From NCBI GenBank assembly GCA_963776345.1, contig CAVZMH010000016.1:256001-320000 (forward strand): a DNA stretch of 64,000 nt, in the 5' to 3' direction. This DNA comes from an uncultured delta proteobacterium (GTDB lineage: Bacteria > Myxococcota > Myxococcia > Myxococcales > Myxococcaceae). The notes beneath the pieces are model-generated. The model searched no databases. It saw only the letters and a program-made list of their open reading frames with translations, and was not told the origin of the DNA. A program made the position numbers and the translations under genes. Positions within the stretch are counted from its first letter, which is position 1, and each line of letters opens with the position of its first letter. Of this stretch, positions 10,273 through 19,679 are shown one piece after another.

Positions 10273-10623
10273 CGGTTCTCGGGGCGCCTTCAGCGCCCGC
10301 CGTCGCTTTCAACCACACCCCGAACGGCCCGGAGGGTGTGGTGTTCTCCCGGTGGACCTCGACGTGCCGTTTCCGGCATGCACCGCGACGGTCCCGATGC
10401 TCTTCTACGCCGGGGGCGGACCCAGCGGCCGGGTCCGCGCCGTGCGGCGCCCCCGCCGCCGCTCAGGGCGCCAGCCGCATCAGCAGCAGCATCCGGGGCA
10501 ACGGACGACCCAGTCAATGCTGGTCGGCTGGCGACGCGCGCACTTGCCATGTGCATTGATTGGATCTGATCTCCCGCCCGAGCACGCGAGCTGCTGCCGC
10601 GTCGTCGAAACTGGGAGGCGTCC

Positions 10624-12756
10624 ATGTCCGCTCTTGGCTGGGGCCGAGCCGTCGTCGTGCTCGCAGTGGCTTCGTTGGCCGGCTGCAACTCCGGGACGGC
10701 TCCTCAGGGACCCTCAGGGCCACAGGGCCTGAGCGGCGCGACCGCTCCACAGGCTCCGACGGCGGGACCTGCATCACCGACGTGCCCTGGCCCTACCATC
10801 TGCGGGAAGTCTTGTACCCTCGACGCCTTCGGGACTCCCATCTACTGCTCGAATGGGCAATGCGTCTGCCCGCCCGGATACGACACGGAGCCCGGGCCGC
10901 CACTGTCGTGCCAGCCCCGTCGACCCGAGTTCATGGGCTCGTCATCCGATGTCGCGGCTTGCCCGGGCAGCTGCACGACCACACCCTGGGGGATCGCCGG
11001 CGCCATCTTGAACCCATTCGACCTGGTTGCCGTGCATGGAACCGCCCCGGGCGGAGAGGCGTTCATGCCGGTGTGGGGCTATCAGGCGAACGTCTGCGGA
11101 GTTCATGGACTGCCGACGACGGATGCCGATGGAACTTCGATCCGAAGCTGGGCGACGTGCACCCCGAACCCACACGATCTCTGCTTTGGCGTCCAGGACT
11201 CGGACGAGGCGGACTTCGATCCGCCGTCGTGCAATGCCACCGAGGGGTGCGGCGACACCTTCTGCACCTCTGACTTCACGAGCGCGTGGCCCTACCTGGA
11301 CAACAATGCCAAGTGCACGGCTGGCAGCGGCACGTTCATCGACGGGTTCACCGATCCCTCGAGAATCGACTTCGTGAACAACGTCAGCGTCTACCGGGCT
11401 CCGATCGTGTGGGAGACCAAGAGCGACGAGGGCCTGGATGACGACTACACGATGAACATGCACTCCTCGGGAGGGGAGCTCTACGACACCCAGCACGCCG
11501 ATGCCCGGGTGCATATCGAGTTCGACTCGGACGAGACGATCGATCACTTCACCGATGACTCCTTCGGCGCGGCGAACCAGTGGTGGAGGGCACTGCGCGC
11601 GGTGGTGGACTCCCGGGATGACGAGCAGCGGGATCGCGACGTCCGGTGCTTCATGAGGGCCTTCGTCAACCCTACCCTGACCTGTCCCCAGCCCGATGGC
11701 GTGGAGCCGCCCGGACACGACCCGGTGGCGGTCGTCGTCGGCATCCCGGGCATCGATTGCGCCGACCACCCTGACGCCAACACATCCGAGATCCATCCCG
11801 CGTATGCAGTGGCGATCCGGATCCAGGAGGACCCGAGCAAGCCCGAGCAATGGGCCTTCTTCTACCGGAGGCGCGGCAACAACGGCGGTTGCGGGAGCAA
11901 GAGCTATGGGCGCTGCAGCACGACGTTCCAGTTGCCGCTCTCGTTCCCCGCAGTTCCCTCCGGGAAGGTCCTCAAGTCCGCGGAGGTCCATGTGGCCGCC
12001 CACCCGTGGGCGGTCGACGACTCGCCCGGTCCGGGTGTCACGGTCGACGGCCACTTCGACCTGGCCAACGGGACCGTTCTCACCATCGACCTGCCCGGGG
12101 AGGACGAAGGCGTGGTCGGGCTGGTCACCGTGACGCCCGTCGTCGACACCACGCCACCGCAGATCGCCTGCCCCGCGAACATCACCACGCCGCAAGACCC
12201 GGGGACGTGCACGGCGGTGACGACGTTCTCGCCGACGTTCTCGGACGATTGTTCCGCGAGCATGGTCTGTGACCCGCCGTCAGGTACGGCCTTCCCGCTC
12301 GGGACCACGACGGACACCTGCACGGTGACGGACCAGGGGGGGCTCTCGGCGAGTTGCAGCTTCACCGTGACCGTGACCGACACCGTGCCACCGGTGATCG
12401 TCTCGATCGTGGCCAGTCCCGGCACTCTCTGGCCGCCGAATCACAAGCTCGTGCCCGTCTCGATCACCGCCTCCGCGACCGACAACTGCGACCCGTCGCC
12501 GAACTGCAGGATCGTCTCGGTGACCGCCAACGAGCCCGTTCTGGGCCCCGGCAGCGGCAACACCGACCCTGACTGGATCATCACCGATCCCGGGCCGAAG
12601 GTGAGTCCAGCGATGCTGGGCGTCGAGCTGCGCGCCGAGCGTGCGGGGGGTGGCACCGGACGGGTCTATACGATCGACACCACCTGCGCCGACGCGTCGG
12701 GCAACACCACCGCCGGCGCCACGACGGTGACCGTCGCTCACGACCAGGGTCATTGA
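10624..12756 (+). CDS. Cys-rich lipoprotein with C-terminal HYR domain and LWPPNHK-type Ig-like domain
   Basis: Lipobox LAGC; DTTPPQIACPANI...PPSGTAFPLGTTTDTCTVTD..G.SASCSFTVTV (HYR); LWPPNHK...LRAER.G.G.GRVYTI. Confidence 0.75.
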   Translation: MSALGWGRAVVVLAVASLAGCNSGTAPQGPSGPQGLSGATAPQAPTAGPASPTCPGPTICGKSCTLDAFGTPIYCSNGQCVCPPGYDTEPGPPLSCQPRRPEFMGSSSDVAACPGSCTTTPWGIAGAILNPFDLVAVHGTAPGGEAFMPVWGYQANVCGVHGLPTTDADGTSIRSWATCTPNPHDLCFGVQDSDEADFDPPSCNATEGCGDTFCTSDFTSAWPYLDNNAKCTAGSGTFIDGFTDPSRIDFVNNVSVYRAPIVWETKSDEGLDDDYTMNMHSSGGELYDTQHADARVHIEFDSDETIDHFTDDSFGAANQWWRALRAVVDSRDDEQRDRDVRCFMRAFVNPTLTCPQPDGVEPPGHDPVAVVVGIPGIDCADHPDANTSEIHPAYAVAIRIQEDPSKPEQWAFFYRRRGNNGGCGSKSYGRCSTTFQLPLSFPAVPSGKVLKSAEVHVAAHPWAVDDSPGPGVTVDGHFDLANGTVLTIDLPGEDEGVVGLVTVTPVVDTTPPQIACPANITTPQDPGTCTAVTTFSPTFSDDCSASMVCDPPSGTAFPLGTTTDTCTVTDQGGLSASCSFTVTVTDTVPPVIVSIVASPGTLWPPNHKLVPVSITASATDNCDPSPNCRIVSVTANEPVLGPGSGNTDPDWIITDPGPKVSPAMLGVELRAERAGGGTGRVYTIDTTCADASGNTTAGATTVTVAHDQGH

Positions 12757-12819
12757 CGTCGGCGCCGGCTTACCCTGGTGTGCGGCTTCGTCGTTGAACG
12801 TTGGACCGCCGCCCTCGCC

Positions 12820-14772
12820 TCAGAAGTAGTAGCGCGCGTCGAAGTGGACGCGGAGGTAGATCTGCCACCCGGTGGCCAGGGTGGGCGTGGGACCGGTGGC
12901 CGCCGGCAGGGCGAGCTTGGAGACGTAGCGGGCCTGGTTCGGGAACTCGACGCCCCAGCCCAGCTGGACGGCGAAGGTGAGCGCCTGGTTCGTGGCGAAC
13001 TCGCGCAGGGGCCGGTACTCGAAGGTGGGAAAATCGAACGACAGGACGCGGTAGGAGAGAAAGATCAGGTCGCTCTGGTAGGGCACCGTGGCGCCCGGGG
13101 CGGCAAGTCCCACCGCCTCGACCGGGGTTCCGAAGTAGCCGAACAGCGTCACCCCCACCTCGCGTCCGAGCAGGAACTGGAACGCGCCGAAGCGGGTGAT
13201 GAACGCCTGCTGCCAGGGGAGCAGCCCGCCGCTCGCAGCGACGATGCCCATGTTCACCATGGCGTCCGGTGCTGCCCAGCTGAGGATCGGGGCCGCGAGG
13301 AGCAGATCGAAGGGGATGAGGTAGAACGGGACGCGCAACCGGAAGGTGAGGCCCGACCGGCCGGGCACCACCGCGGCGCCAGCCTCCGCGAGGGCTGGCT
13401 GCGCCCCGCCGTACTGGGCCGTGTCGTAGGTGAATCCGACACCGAGAAAGGCCTGGCCCGCGCCCGTGGAGGCGGTGAGCGCCTCCAGGCCGAGGCCCAC
13501 GCGAAACTCGATCTCCGCGCCGCCCCACCACCGGGCGCTGGCGCCGCTGGACTGGAATCCGCCGAACTCCAACCCGCCGGTGAGGTCCCCGGAGAAGCCG
13601 ACGAAGGGGCCGATCTCCTGCCGGAAGTGCGGCAGGTGGACGTCGTCCTCGGCCCGGCCCGGCATCGGGGTCTCCCTGGCCACCTCCAGCGCCACCGCCG
13701 CGGTCTCGGCCGTCACGGTCTCCGTCGCCTGCAGGGTGGCGGTGCACGAGTTGTAGACCGTCGCTTCGCTGGCGGCGGTGGCGGCGACGGCGGTCGCGGC
13801 CTTGGCGGAGGGCGTTCGCTCCCGTGTGGCGTCGAAGATCTGTCCGAGGCTCATCGCCACCACCCGCGCGGTCCGCCTCAGGTCCGCGGGGCGCATGTAC
13901 CCGTCACCGAGCAGGGTGAAACGGGTTCCGTTCCAGGCCGAGGTGTCGAGCCCGAACTCCGAATAGTAGTCGTGTGTCCCCTTCCGCTCGGCGACGCTGC
14001 CCCAGCTGCCGGCCACATGGCCGGCGGCGAAGGAGTCCTCGAGGAAATGGAGGGCGAACGCCTCGGTGGCCAGCACCTTGCGCGCCAGCTCCGCGCGCGC
14101 CGCGGGGTCGGTGGCCGCCGCCCACTGGCGTACCAGCCCGAGCGCGCCGAGGTGGTAGTAGAGGTAGAGGCCGAGCGCATTGGGCTCGGCATGGGCTCCG
14201 AGTGTCCGGGTGAGGTAATCCCTCGGGTCGTCCGAGGTCCGGGTGGTGAGGAAGTGCCCGTTGTTGGCTCCGGCGCGCGTCGTGTACTCACGGTCCACGA
14301 ACTGGAGCTTGAGGTTGTTGAGCGCCGCCGCGTTCTGCTTCGCTTCGCGGGAGGTGGCGTTGTCCAGCCCGACCTTCGTCTCGGCGCTCACCCGGGCCAC
14401 CTTCAGGATCCAGTCGCTGGGAAGCGTGGTGGCCACCAGCTGGTCCGGCGAGCACGAGTGGTCCCCGGCGATGCCAGCCCAGGCAGCCAGGTCGATGCAG
14501 ACCGGGACTGAACGGCCGTCCCCGTCGACCATGGTCGCGCAGTAGCGGGACTCGCGACCGCTGCGTGCGTCCGCCCAGAGCGCGGCGAAGAGCTGCTGCT
14601 GGTCGGCGGGCAGGTCCTTGAGGGCCTCGGCGAGGATGTCGCGGTGCTCGGGGTAGATCCACGCGCCCGCGGGCCCGGGGAGCAGGGCCACCGCCAGCCC
14701 GAACGTCAAGGCGATTCGTGTCCAGCTCGGCCGGCACGCACTGAGGAGGCGTTGTGGAGGCCGAGCGCTCAC
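12820..14772 (-). CDS. Putative exported Zn-metallophospholipase C-like protein with C-terminal beta-rich (barrel-like) region
   Basis: Signal peptide ending PAGA-WIYPEH; AGDH, NNGHF, FALHFLEDSFAAGH, HDYY motifs; ends RVHFDARYYF; GTG start at 14772 is tentative. Confidence 0.65.
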   Translation of the reverse strand: MSARPPQRLLSACRPSWTRIALTFGLAVALLPGPAGAWIYPEHRDILAEALKDLPADQQQLFAALWADARSGRESRYCATMVDGDGRSVPVCIDLAAWAGIAGDHSCSPDQLVATTLPSDWILKVARVSAETKVGLDNATSREAKQNAAALNNLKLQFVDREYTTRAGANNGHFLTTRTSDDPRDYLTRTLGAHAEPNALGLYLYYHLGALGLVRQWAAATDPAARAELARKVLATEAFALHFLEDSFAAGHVAGSWGSVAERKGTHDYYSEFGLDTSAWNGTRFTLLGDGYMRPADLRRTARVVAMSLGQIFDATRERTPSAKAATAVAATAASEATVYNSCTATLQATETVTAETAAVALEVARETPMPGRAEDDVHLPHFRQEIGPFVGFSGDLTGGLEFGGFQSSGASARWWGGAEIEFRVGLGLEALTASTGAGQAFLGVGFTYDTAQYGGAQPALAEAGAAVVPGRSGLTFRLRVPFYLIPFDLLLAAPILSWAAPDAMVNMGIVAASGGLLPWQQAFITRFGAFQFLLGREVGVTLFGYFGTPVEAVGLAAPGATVPYQSDLIFLSYRVLSFDFPTFEYRPLREFATNQALTFAVQLGWGVEFPNQARYVSKLALPAATGPTPTLATGWQIYLRVHFDARYYF

Positions 14773-14960
14773 CTGCGGCGAACCAGAACATTGGCACCAC
14801 GCACCACGCAAGGACGTCGAGGCGCAAGCACCCGCCGCGAGCGGGACGACGCATCGCGGAAGGCGCGGGCACCATCCAGCTCGCGCCTGAGGACGAAGCG
14901 GGCCACAGAAGCACGCCGGCCCTTGTCTGAATCGGGAAAGCGGGAGGCGCGCTCGATGGG

Positions 14961-16421
14961 TCAGGGTTTGGTGGTCTCGAGTGGCTGGCGCGCGGTCGCG
15001 CGGTCCTGCTGCGCCGCCGCGACCAGCCGGTAGGCAACGTAGTACTTGAAGATGTTGGAGACGTAGGTGACGGTCTCCTGGCCGATCCGGTCGGCCGCCA
15101 CGTACTCCACGTTCTTGAACCAGCGGTTGGGGTCCAGCCCGCGCCTGGCAGCTTCCCTTCGCAGCGACTGGATGCGATTCGGACCGGCGTTGTACGAGGC
15201 AAAGGCGAAGAGCGCCTTCACCAGCGGGTCGAGCCCCGGTTCGTCGAAGTAGCTGTCCTCCACGTGGCGGAGGTACTTCACGCCGCCGTGGATGTTCGGC
15301 TCCAGCTCCCGGATGTCGCCGACCTTCATCTGCGCGCCCGTCGCCGGCATGAGCTGCATGACGCCGACGGCACCGACGTGGCTCGTGGCGCCCTGGTCGA
15401 GCCGGGACTCCTGGTACGCCTGCGCCATCACCAGGAGATAGTCGACGTCGTACTTCTGCCCGTACTTCCGGAAGAGCTCGACCGTCTGCTCGAACTTCCG
15501 GAGCTCCCTTCCCGAGGTGGCGGGGAGCACCGAGGAAGGGTTTCCCTGGTAGCGCCGGAACAGCGTGTTCCCGAACGAAGTTCCCTTCCGGTGCCTCCGG
15601 ATGAACGAGTCCGTGACCGCCTTCAGCTGCGGGCTGTCCTTCCGGATCATCCACGCGGCTGCTCCGCCGCTGATCACCGAAACCGACGGGTCGAACGACA
15701 ACTGGGTGTAGAGCCGTTTCCAGAAGGTTGCATGGAAGTCGTCGCAGATCGTGGTGGGGATGAGACCGGCGTTCACCATCTCCAGCACGTCCTCGTCCTC
15801 CAGCTCCTCGGGGACTGGAACCAGCTTCACCGGCTGCTTGCCTTGCTCGACCAGCCGGCGGTTGAGCGCCTCGAGGTGCTCCCGGTAGCTCGACGACTGC
15901 CGGACGTGGACCTCCTGTCCGGACAGCTGGTCCACGCTCGAGATCGTCGGCCCGGACGGTCCGGTGACCACCAGCTCGCTGACGTCCTCGAGCACGGGGA
16001 GGGTGAAGTCCACCAGCTGGCTGCGCTCCGGAGTGATGAGGAGGTTGGCGGCAGCGATGTCACCCCGTCCTTCCAGCAGCGCGGGGATGAGCTGGTCTCG
16101 CGTCACCGGGATGAACACCACGTGAAACCGGAGCGCCTTCTTCTTGAGGCGGCTGTTCACGTCATCCTCGAACGCCTGAAGCCCCTCGTATGTCGCGCCG
16201 CGCTGCCTTCCCCGATCCACGAAGAAGAGGGTCCGGCTGTAGACGACCAGCGCCCGCAGCACCCCGCGCCGCTGGATCTCCTCCCAGTCACCCTTGACGG
16301 GCGCGAGCAACACCTGCTTGGCGGAGTCCCCCCTGGGGGGCGCGGGGGAGTCGGTCTGGGCCGTAGCTAGCTTCCCGGCCAGCAGGACGGCGAGGACTCC
16401 GGCGCGAGACGCGCGGCCCAT
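14961..16421 (-). CDS. MltF-like lytic transglycosylase (SBP + SLT domain)
   Basis: GDIAAANLLITPER (SBP); AQAYQESRLDQ...SHVGAVGVMQLMP, ASYNAGP, ETVTYV SLT motifs. Confidence 0.9.
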   Translation of the reverse strand: MGRASRAGVLAVLLAGKLATAQTDSPAPPRGDSAKQVLLAPVKGDWEEIQRRGVLRALVVYSRTLFFVDRGRQRGATYEGLQAFEDDVNSRLKKKALRFHVVFIPVTRDQLIPALLEGRGDIAAANLLITPERSQLVDFTLPVLEDVSELVVTGPSGPTISSVDQLSGQEVHVRQSSSYREHLEALNRRLVEQGKQPVKLVPVPEELEDEDVLEMVNAGLIPTTICDDFHATFWKRLYTQLSFDPSVSVISGGAAAWMIRKDSPQLKAVTDSFIRRHRKGTSFGNTLFRRYQGNPSSVLPATSGRELRKFEQTVELFRKYGQKYDVDYLLVMAQAYQESRLDQGATSHVGAVGVMQLMPATGAQMKVGDIRELEPNIHGGVKYLRHVEDSYFDEPGLDPLVKALFAFASYNAGPNRIQSLRREAARRGLDPNRWFKNVEYVAADRIGQETVTYVSNIFKYYVAYRLVAAAQQDRATARQPLETTKP

Positions 16422-16483
16422 GGCCCTCCCATACCACGCATCCAGGTGGCACTCCCCGCGGCGAGCGCTAGTCTGGGCCTCCG

Positions 16484-18955
16484 ATGCGGTTCCTCCTCCT
16501 CGTCGCCCTTCTCCAGTGGCCGCTCGGGTCAGAGGATTCTTCGCCGGCTGCCGCGCCCGCCCCTGTGCCCGAGGTGCGCGATGCCGGCCCCGCGGCAATC
16601 TTGCTCCCGGAGGTTCTCCGCTCGGCCGAGAAGGCCCACGGCGCCCTCAAGTCGATGGCGAAGCCCCTCGCGGACCGCCAGCTGATCGAGGAGGTCCAGA
16701 AGGAGCTCCCCACGCTGGTGTCGAGCATCGATCCACTGACCGGAAAGGGTCCGCTGTCCCCGAAACAGGACCTCACCGATGTCCGCCCGGTGCTGCAGCG
16801 GGCGGACGATACGCTCTCCACGTGGGACGAGGGGTTCGAGTCGGCCGTCCAGGCCGTCTACGAGAACAGTCGAGAGCTCCGGCGCATGGACGAGGTCTGG
16901 TCGCTCACCGAGGCCCAGGCCCGTGAAGATGGAGCCCCCACCGCGGTCCTGGAGCGCATCGCCGCGCTGCGCGCCTCCATCGATGCGACGGCCGCACAGG
17001 CGCGGGCTCAGCTCGGTCAGCTGCTGACCACGCAGAACCAGGTGGCCACCGTCCGGATGCGCATCGCCGACGCGCTGGCCAGCGTGAAGGAGGCGGAGGC
17101 GCTCCAGGCCGAGCAGCTCTTCGAGGTGGAGAGCGTCCCGTTCTGGAAGCTGCTCTCCCGCCCCACGCAGGTGGAGAAGGTCCGGCAGCAGATCCTCCAC
17201 ACGCTCCGCACCCACGCCACCGCGCTGAAGGACTTCGTCCGGGGCCAGAGCACCCGAGTCCTGCTACTCCTCGGCTTCCTGGTGGTCCTCACCATCGCTC
17301 TCTGGCGGGGACGGGAGCGGCTCGAAGCGGAGAGGGCCAGCGATCCCAGCATCTCGACCGTGGTCGATGTGCTCCGGCACCCGTTCGCGACGGCCGTGCT
17401 CCTGGCCCTCACCGCCGCCATGGTCTGGCTCCAGCCGCGACCGCTGGTCGTCTCCCAGGTCCTCCTCCTCGGGATGCTGGCTGCCTTCTTTGCCGCAGCG
17501 CAGAGCCTCATCCCGGCCCGGGCCCGGCGCTCGGCCTACGCCCTGGGGATCATCATCGCCATCCACACCGTCTCCTCCCTCGCGCCCGACCTGTCGCTGC
17601 TACGGCGGGTCATCATGCTGGCCGTCAGCCTCTCGGCGACCGCGGTCCTGGTGGGGGAGCTTCGCCGGCGCGGCTGGGAGGCGGAGATTGCGTCGAAGCG
17701 CTGGCGGTCGCTCTTCCGCGCGGCACTGATCGCGGGGACGATCCTTCTCCTCGGCTCGCTGGTGGCCAACCTCGTCGGGAACATGGCGCTCGCACGGTTG
17801 CTGGCCAGCGGCACGCTGTACAGCGGGGCGCTGCTGCTCCTGCTCTCCGGAGTCCTTCAGGTCATCCAGGGCCTCTGGGTGATCGTGCTCCGCAGCCCCA
17901 GGGTGAGTCGCAGGCCACTGTTCGCCGACAACGTCGAGCTGTTCCAGCAGCGCGGAACGAACTACCTCCGCTGGGCCGTCGGCCTGCTCTGGCTCTTCGC
18001 GACCGTTCGGCTCTTCCGCATCGATACGCCGATCTGGGAGGCGGTGCAGCGGATCATCTCGTGGCGTGCGCGGACGGGCTCGCTCGACCTGTCGCTCGGC
18101 GACGTGCTGGCATTCGCCATCACCCTGTGGATTGCGGTGCTGCTGGGGCGGCTGGTGGGGTTCGTCCTCAGCGAGGGCCTCAAGACCCGCGGCCTGGGCC
18201 GCGGAGTGCACACCGCCATCTCCCGGACCGCGACCTACGCCGTGGTCGCCGTGGGCACGGTGATCGCCGTCCTCGCCTCGGGCACGGAGCTGACCCGGCT
18301 CACGGTCCTCATCGGCACCCTCGGGGTGGGCATCGGCTTCGGCCTGCAGGACGTGGTGAACAACTTCGTCTCCGGACTGATCCTCCTCTATGAGCGCCCG
18401 GTTCAGGTGGGCGACGTCATCGAGGTGGGGGACGTGCAGGGAACCGTGCGGCGGATCGGCATCCGCTCCAGCACGGTGGCCACCGACCAGGGCTCCGAGG
18501 TGGTGGTCCCCAACGCGCACCTCATCTCCAACGAGGTGACCAACTGGACGCTCTCCGACAAACGGCGCCGGACCGACATCGACGTGGGTGTTGCCGAGGC
18601 GGCCTCGCCCGAGCGCGTCCGGGAGCTGCTGCTCCAGGTCGCCCTGGCCCATCCCGAGGTGCTGAAAGCTCCCGAGCCGCTCGCGCTCTTCGCCGGCTTC
18701 GGAAACAGCGCGCTGAACTTCCAGCTCCAGATCTGGACGCCGGAGGAGATCCGTGACCGGGTGGCGAGCGAGCTGCGCACCGCGATCGGTCGGGTCCTGG
18801 GCGAGGCCGGCATTCACTTCCCGCAGAACGAGGTGCACCTGGTCTCGGTCGCTCCGTCCCTGCCCGAGCTGCTCGGCGGCGCGGGGAGCGCCGGAGCGGG
18901 CCTCGGGCTCCGGCAAGAAGGAATGACCCGGGGGATTGGCCGAAAGTCGTACTGA
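16484..18955 (+). CDS. Large mechanosensitive channel, MscS/MscK family
   Basis: Periplasmic coiled region, many TM helices, LGVGIGFGLQDVVNNFVSGLILLYERPVQVGD, IGIRSS, VVPN. Confidence 0.92.
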   Translation: MRFLLLVALLQWPLGSEDSSPAAAPAPVPEVRDAGPAAILLPEVLRSAEKAHGALKSMAKPLADRQLIEEVQKELPTLVSSIDPLTGKGPLSPKQDLTDVRPVLQRADDTLSTWDEGFESAVQAVYENSRELRRMDEVWSLTEAQAREDGAPTAVLERIAALRASIDATAAQARAQLGQLLTTQNQVATVRMRIADALASVKEAEALQAEQLFEVESVPFWKLLSRPTQVEKVRQQILHTLRTHATALKDFVRGQSTRVLLLLGFLVVLTIALWRGRERLEAERASDPSISTVVDVLRHPFATAVLLALTAAMVWLQPRPLVVSQVLLLGMLAAFFAAAQSLIPARARRSAYALGIIIAIHTVSSLAPDLSLLRRVIMLAVSLSATAVLVGELRRRGWEAEIASKRWRSLFRAALIAGTILLLGSLVANLVGNMALARLLASGTLYSGALLLLLSGVLQVIQGLWVIVLRSPRVSRRPLFADNVELFQQRGTNYLRWAVGLLWLFATVRLFRIDTPIWEAVQRIISWRARTGSLDLSLGDVLAFAITLWIAVLLGRLVGFVLSEGLKTRGLGRGVHTAISRTATYAVVAVGTVIAVLASGTELTRLTVLIGTLGVGIGFGLQDVVNNFVSGLILLYERPVQVGDVIEVGDVQGTVRRIGIRSSTVATDQGSEVVVPNAHLISNEVTNWTLSDKRRRTDIDVGVAEAASPERVRELLLQVALAHPEVLKAPEPLALFAGFGNSALNFQLQIWTPEEIRDRVASELRTAIGRVLGEAGIHFPQNEVHLVSVAPSLPELLGGAGSAGAGLGLRQEGMTRGIGRKSY

Positions 18956-19003
18956 GAGTCTGCCGATCCGGTACCTAAGGTGCCTCCCGCAAGGGGTCTG
19001 CAC

Positions 19004-19654
19004 ATGAAGAACATCGGAGCGTTCCTGCTTCAGAGGCTCATCGCCGGGCTTCTGGTCATCGCACCCGTCTATCTGTCCATCCTCCTGCTGTTGAAGGGGA
19101 TCGGTTCCCTGGTGCGACTGGTGGCTCCAGTCGCCGCGCTCCTCCCGGACTGGCTTCCGGGCGAGGAGCTGGTGGCGCTGCTGCTCGTCCTCGCGATCTG
19201 CCTGTTCGTCGGGCTCCTCCTGGTGACGCCGCCCGGACGGTCCGCGCGGGCCTGGGTCGAGCGCACGGTGTTCGAGCGCCTCCCGGGCTACGGGCTCATC
19301 CGGAGCCTTGCGCTGCAAGTTGCCGGGCAGGGGCAGGACACCACCTGGACCCCCGCACTGGTGGAGATCGAGGATGCGCTCGTCCCGGGCTTCATCATCG
19401 AGGAGCTCCCCGACGGCCGATACACGGTCTTCGTCCCGTCTGTGCCCACCCCCCTCGCCGGTGCGGTCTATGTGCTGGATCGCGCGCGCGTTCACCCCAC
19501 CGACGTTTCCTTCGCCGAGGCGATCAAGGTGGTGACGCGCTGGGGCCACGGCGCCGGGGGATTGGTCGAGGCGATGGAGCGTACGGGCGACGGGAGAGTC
19601 GCTCCGGTGACGCCGGCTGCCGGCGTCACGACGGTGCCACCGAGGGCACCCTGA
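19004..19654 (+). CDS. DUF502 domain membrane protein
   Basis: Two N-terminal TM helices; ERLPGY.LIRS; TVFVPSVPTPLAG motif. Confidence 0.8.
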   Translation: MKNIGAFLLQRLIAGLLVIAPVYLSILLLLKGIGSLVRLVAPVAALLPDWLPGEELVALLLVLAICLFVGLLLVTPPGRSARAWVERTVFERLPGYGLIRSLALQVAGQGQDTTWTPALVEIEDALVPGFIIEELPDGRYTVFVPSVPTPLAGAVYVLDRARVHPTDVSFAEAIKVVTRWGHGAGGLVEAMERTGDGRVAPVTPAAGVTTVPPRAP

Positions 19655-19679
19655 CTTCCTAGTTTCCAGGGGGTGGAGA

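Noticed and set aside
14773..15654. Upstream extension of the PLC-like ORF
   Set aside because: Overlaps mltF in another frame; the signal peptide lies near 14.7 kb
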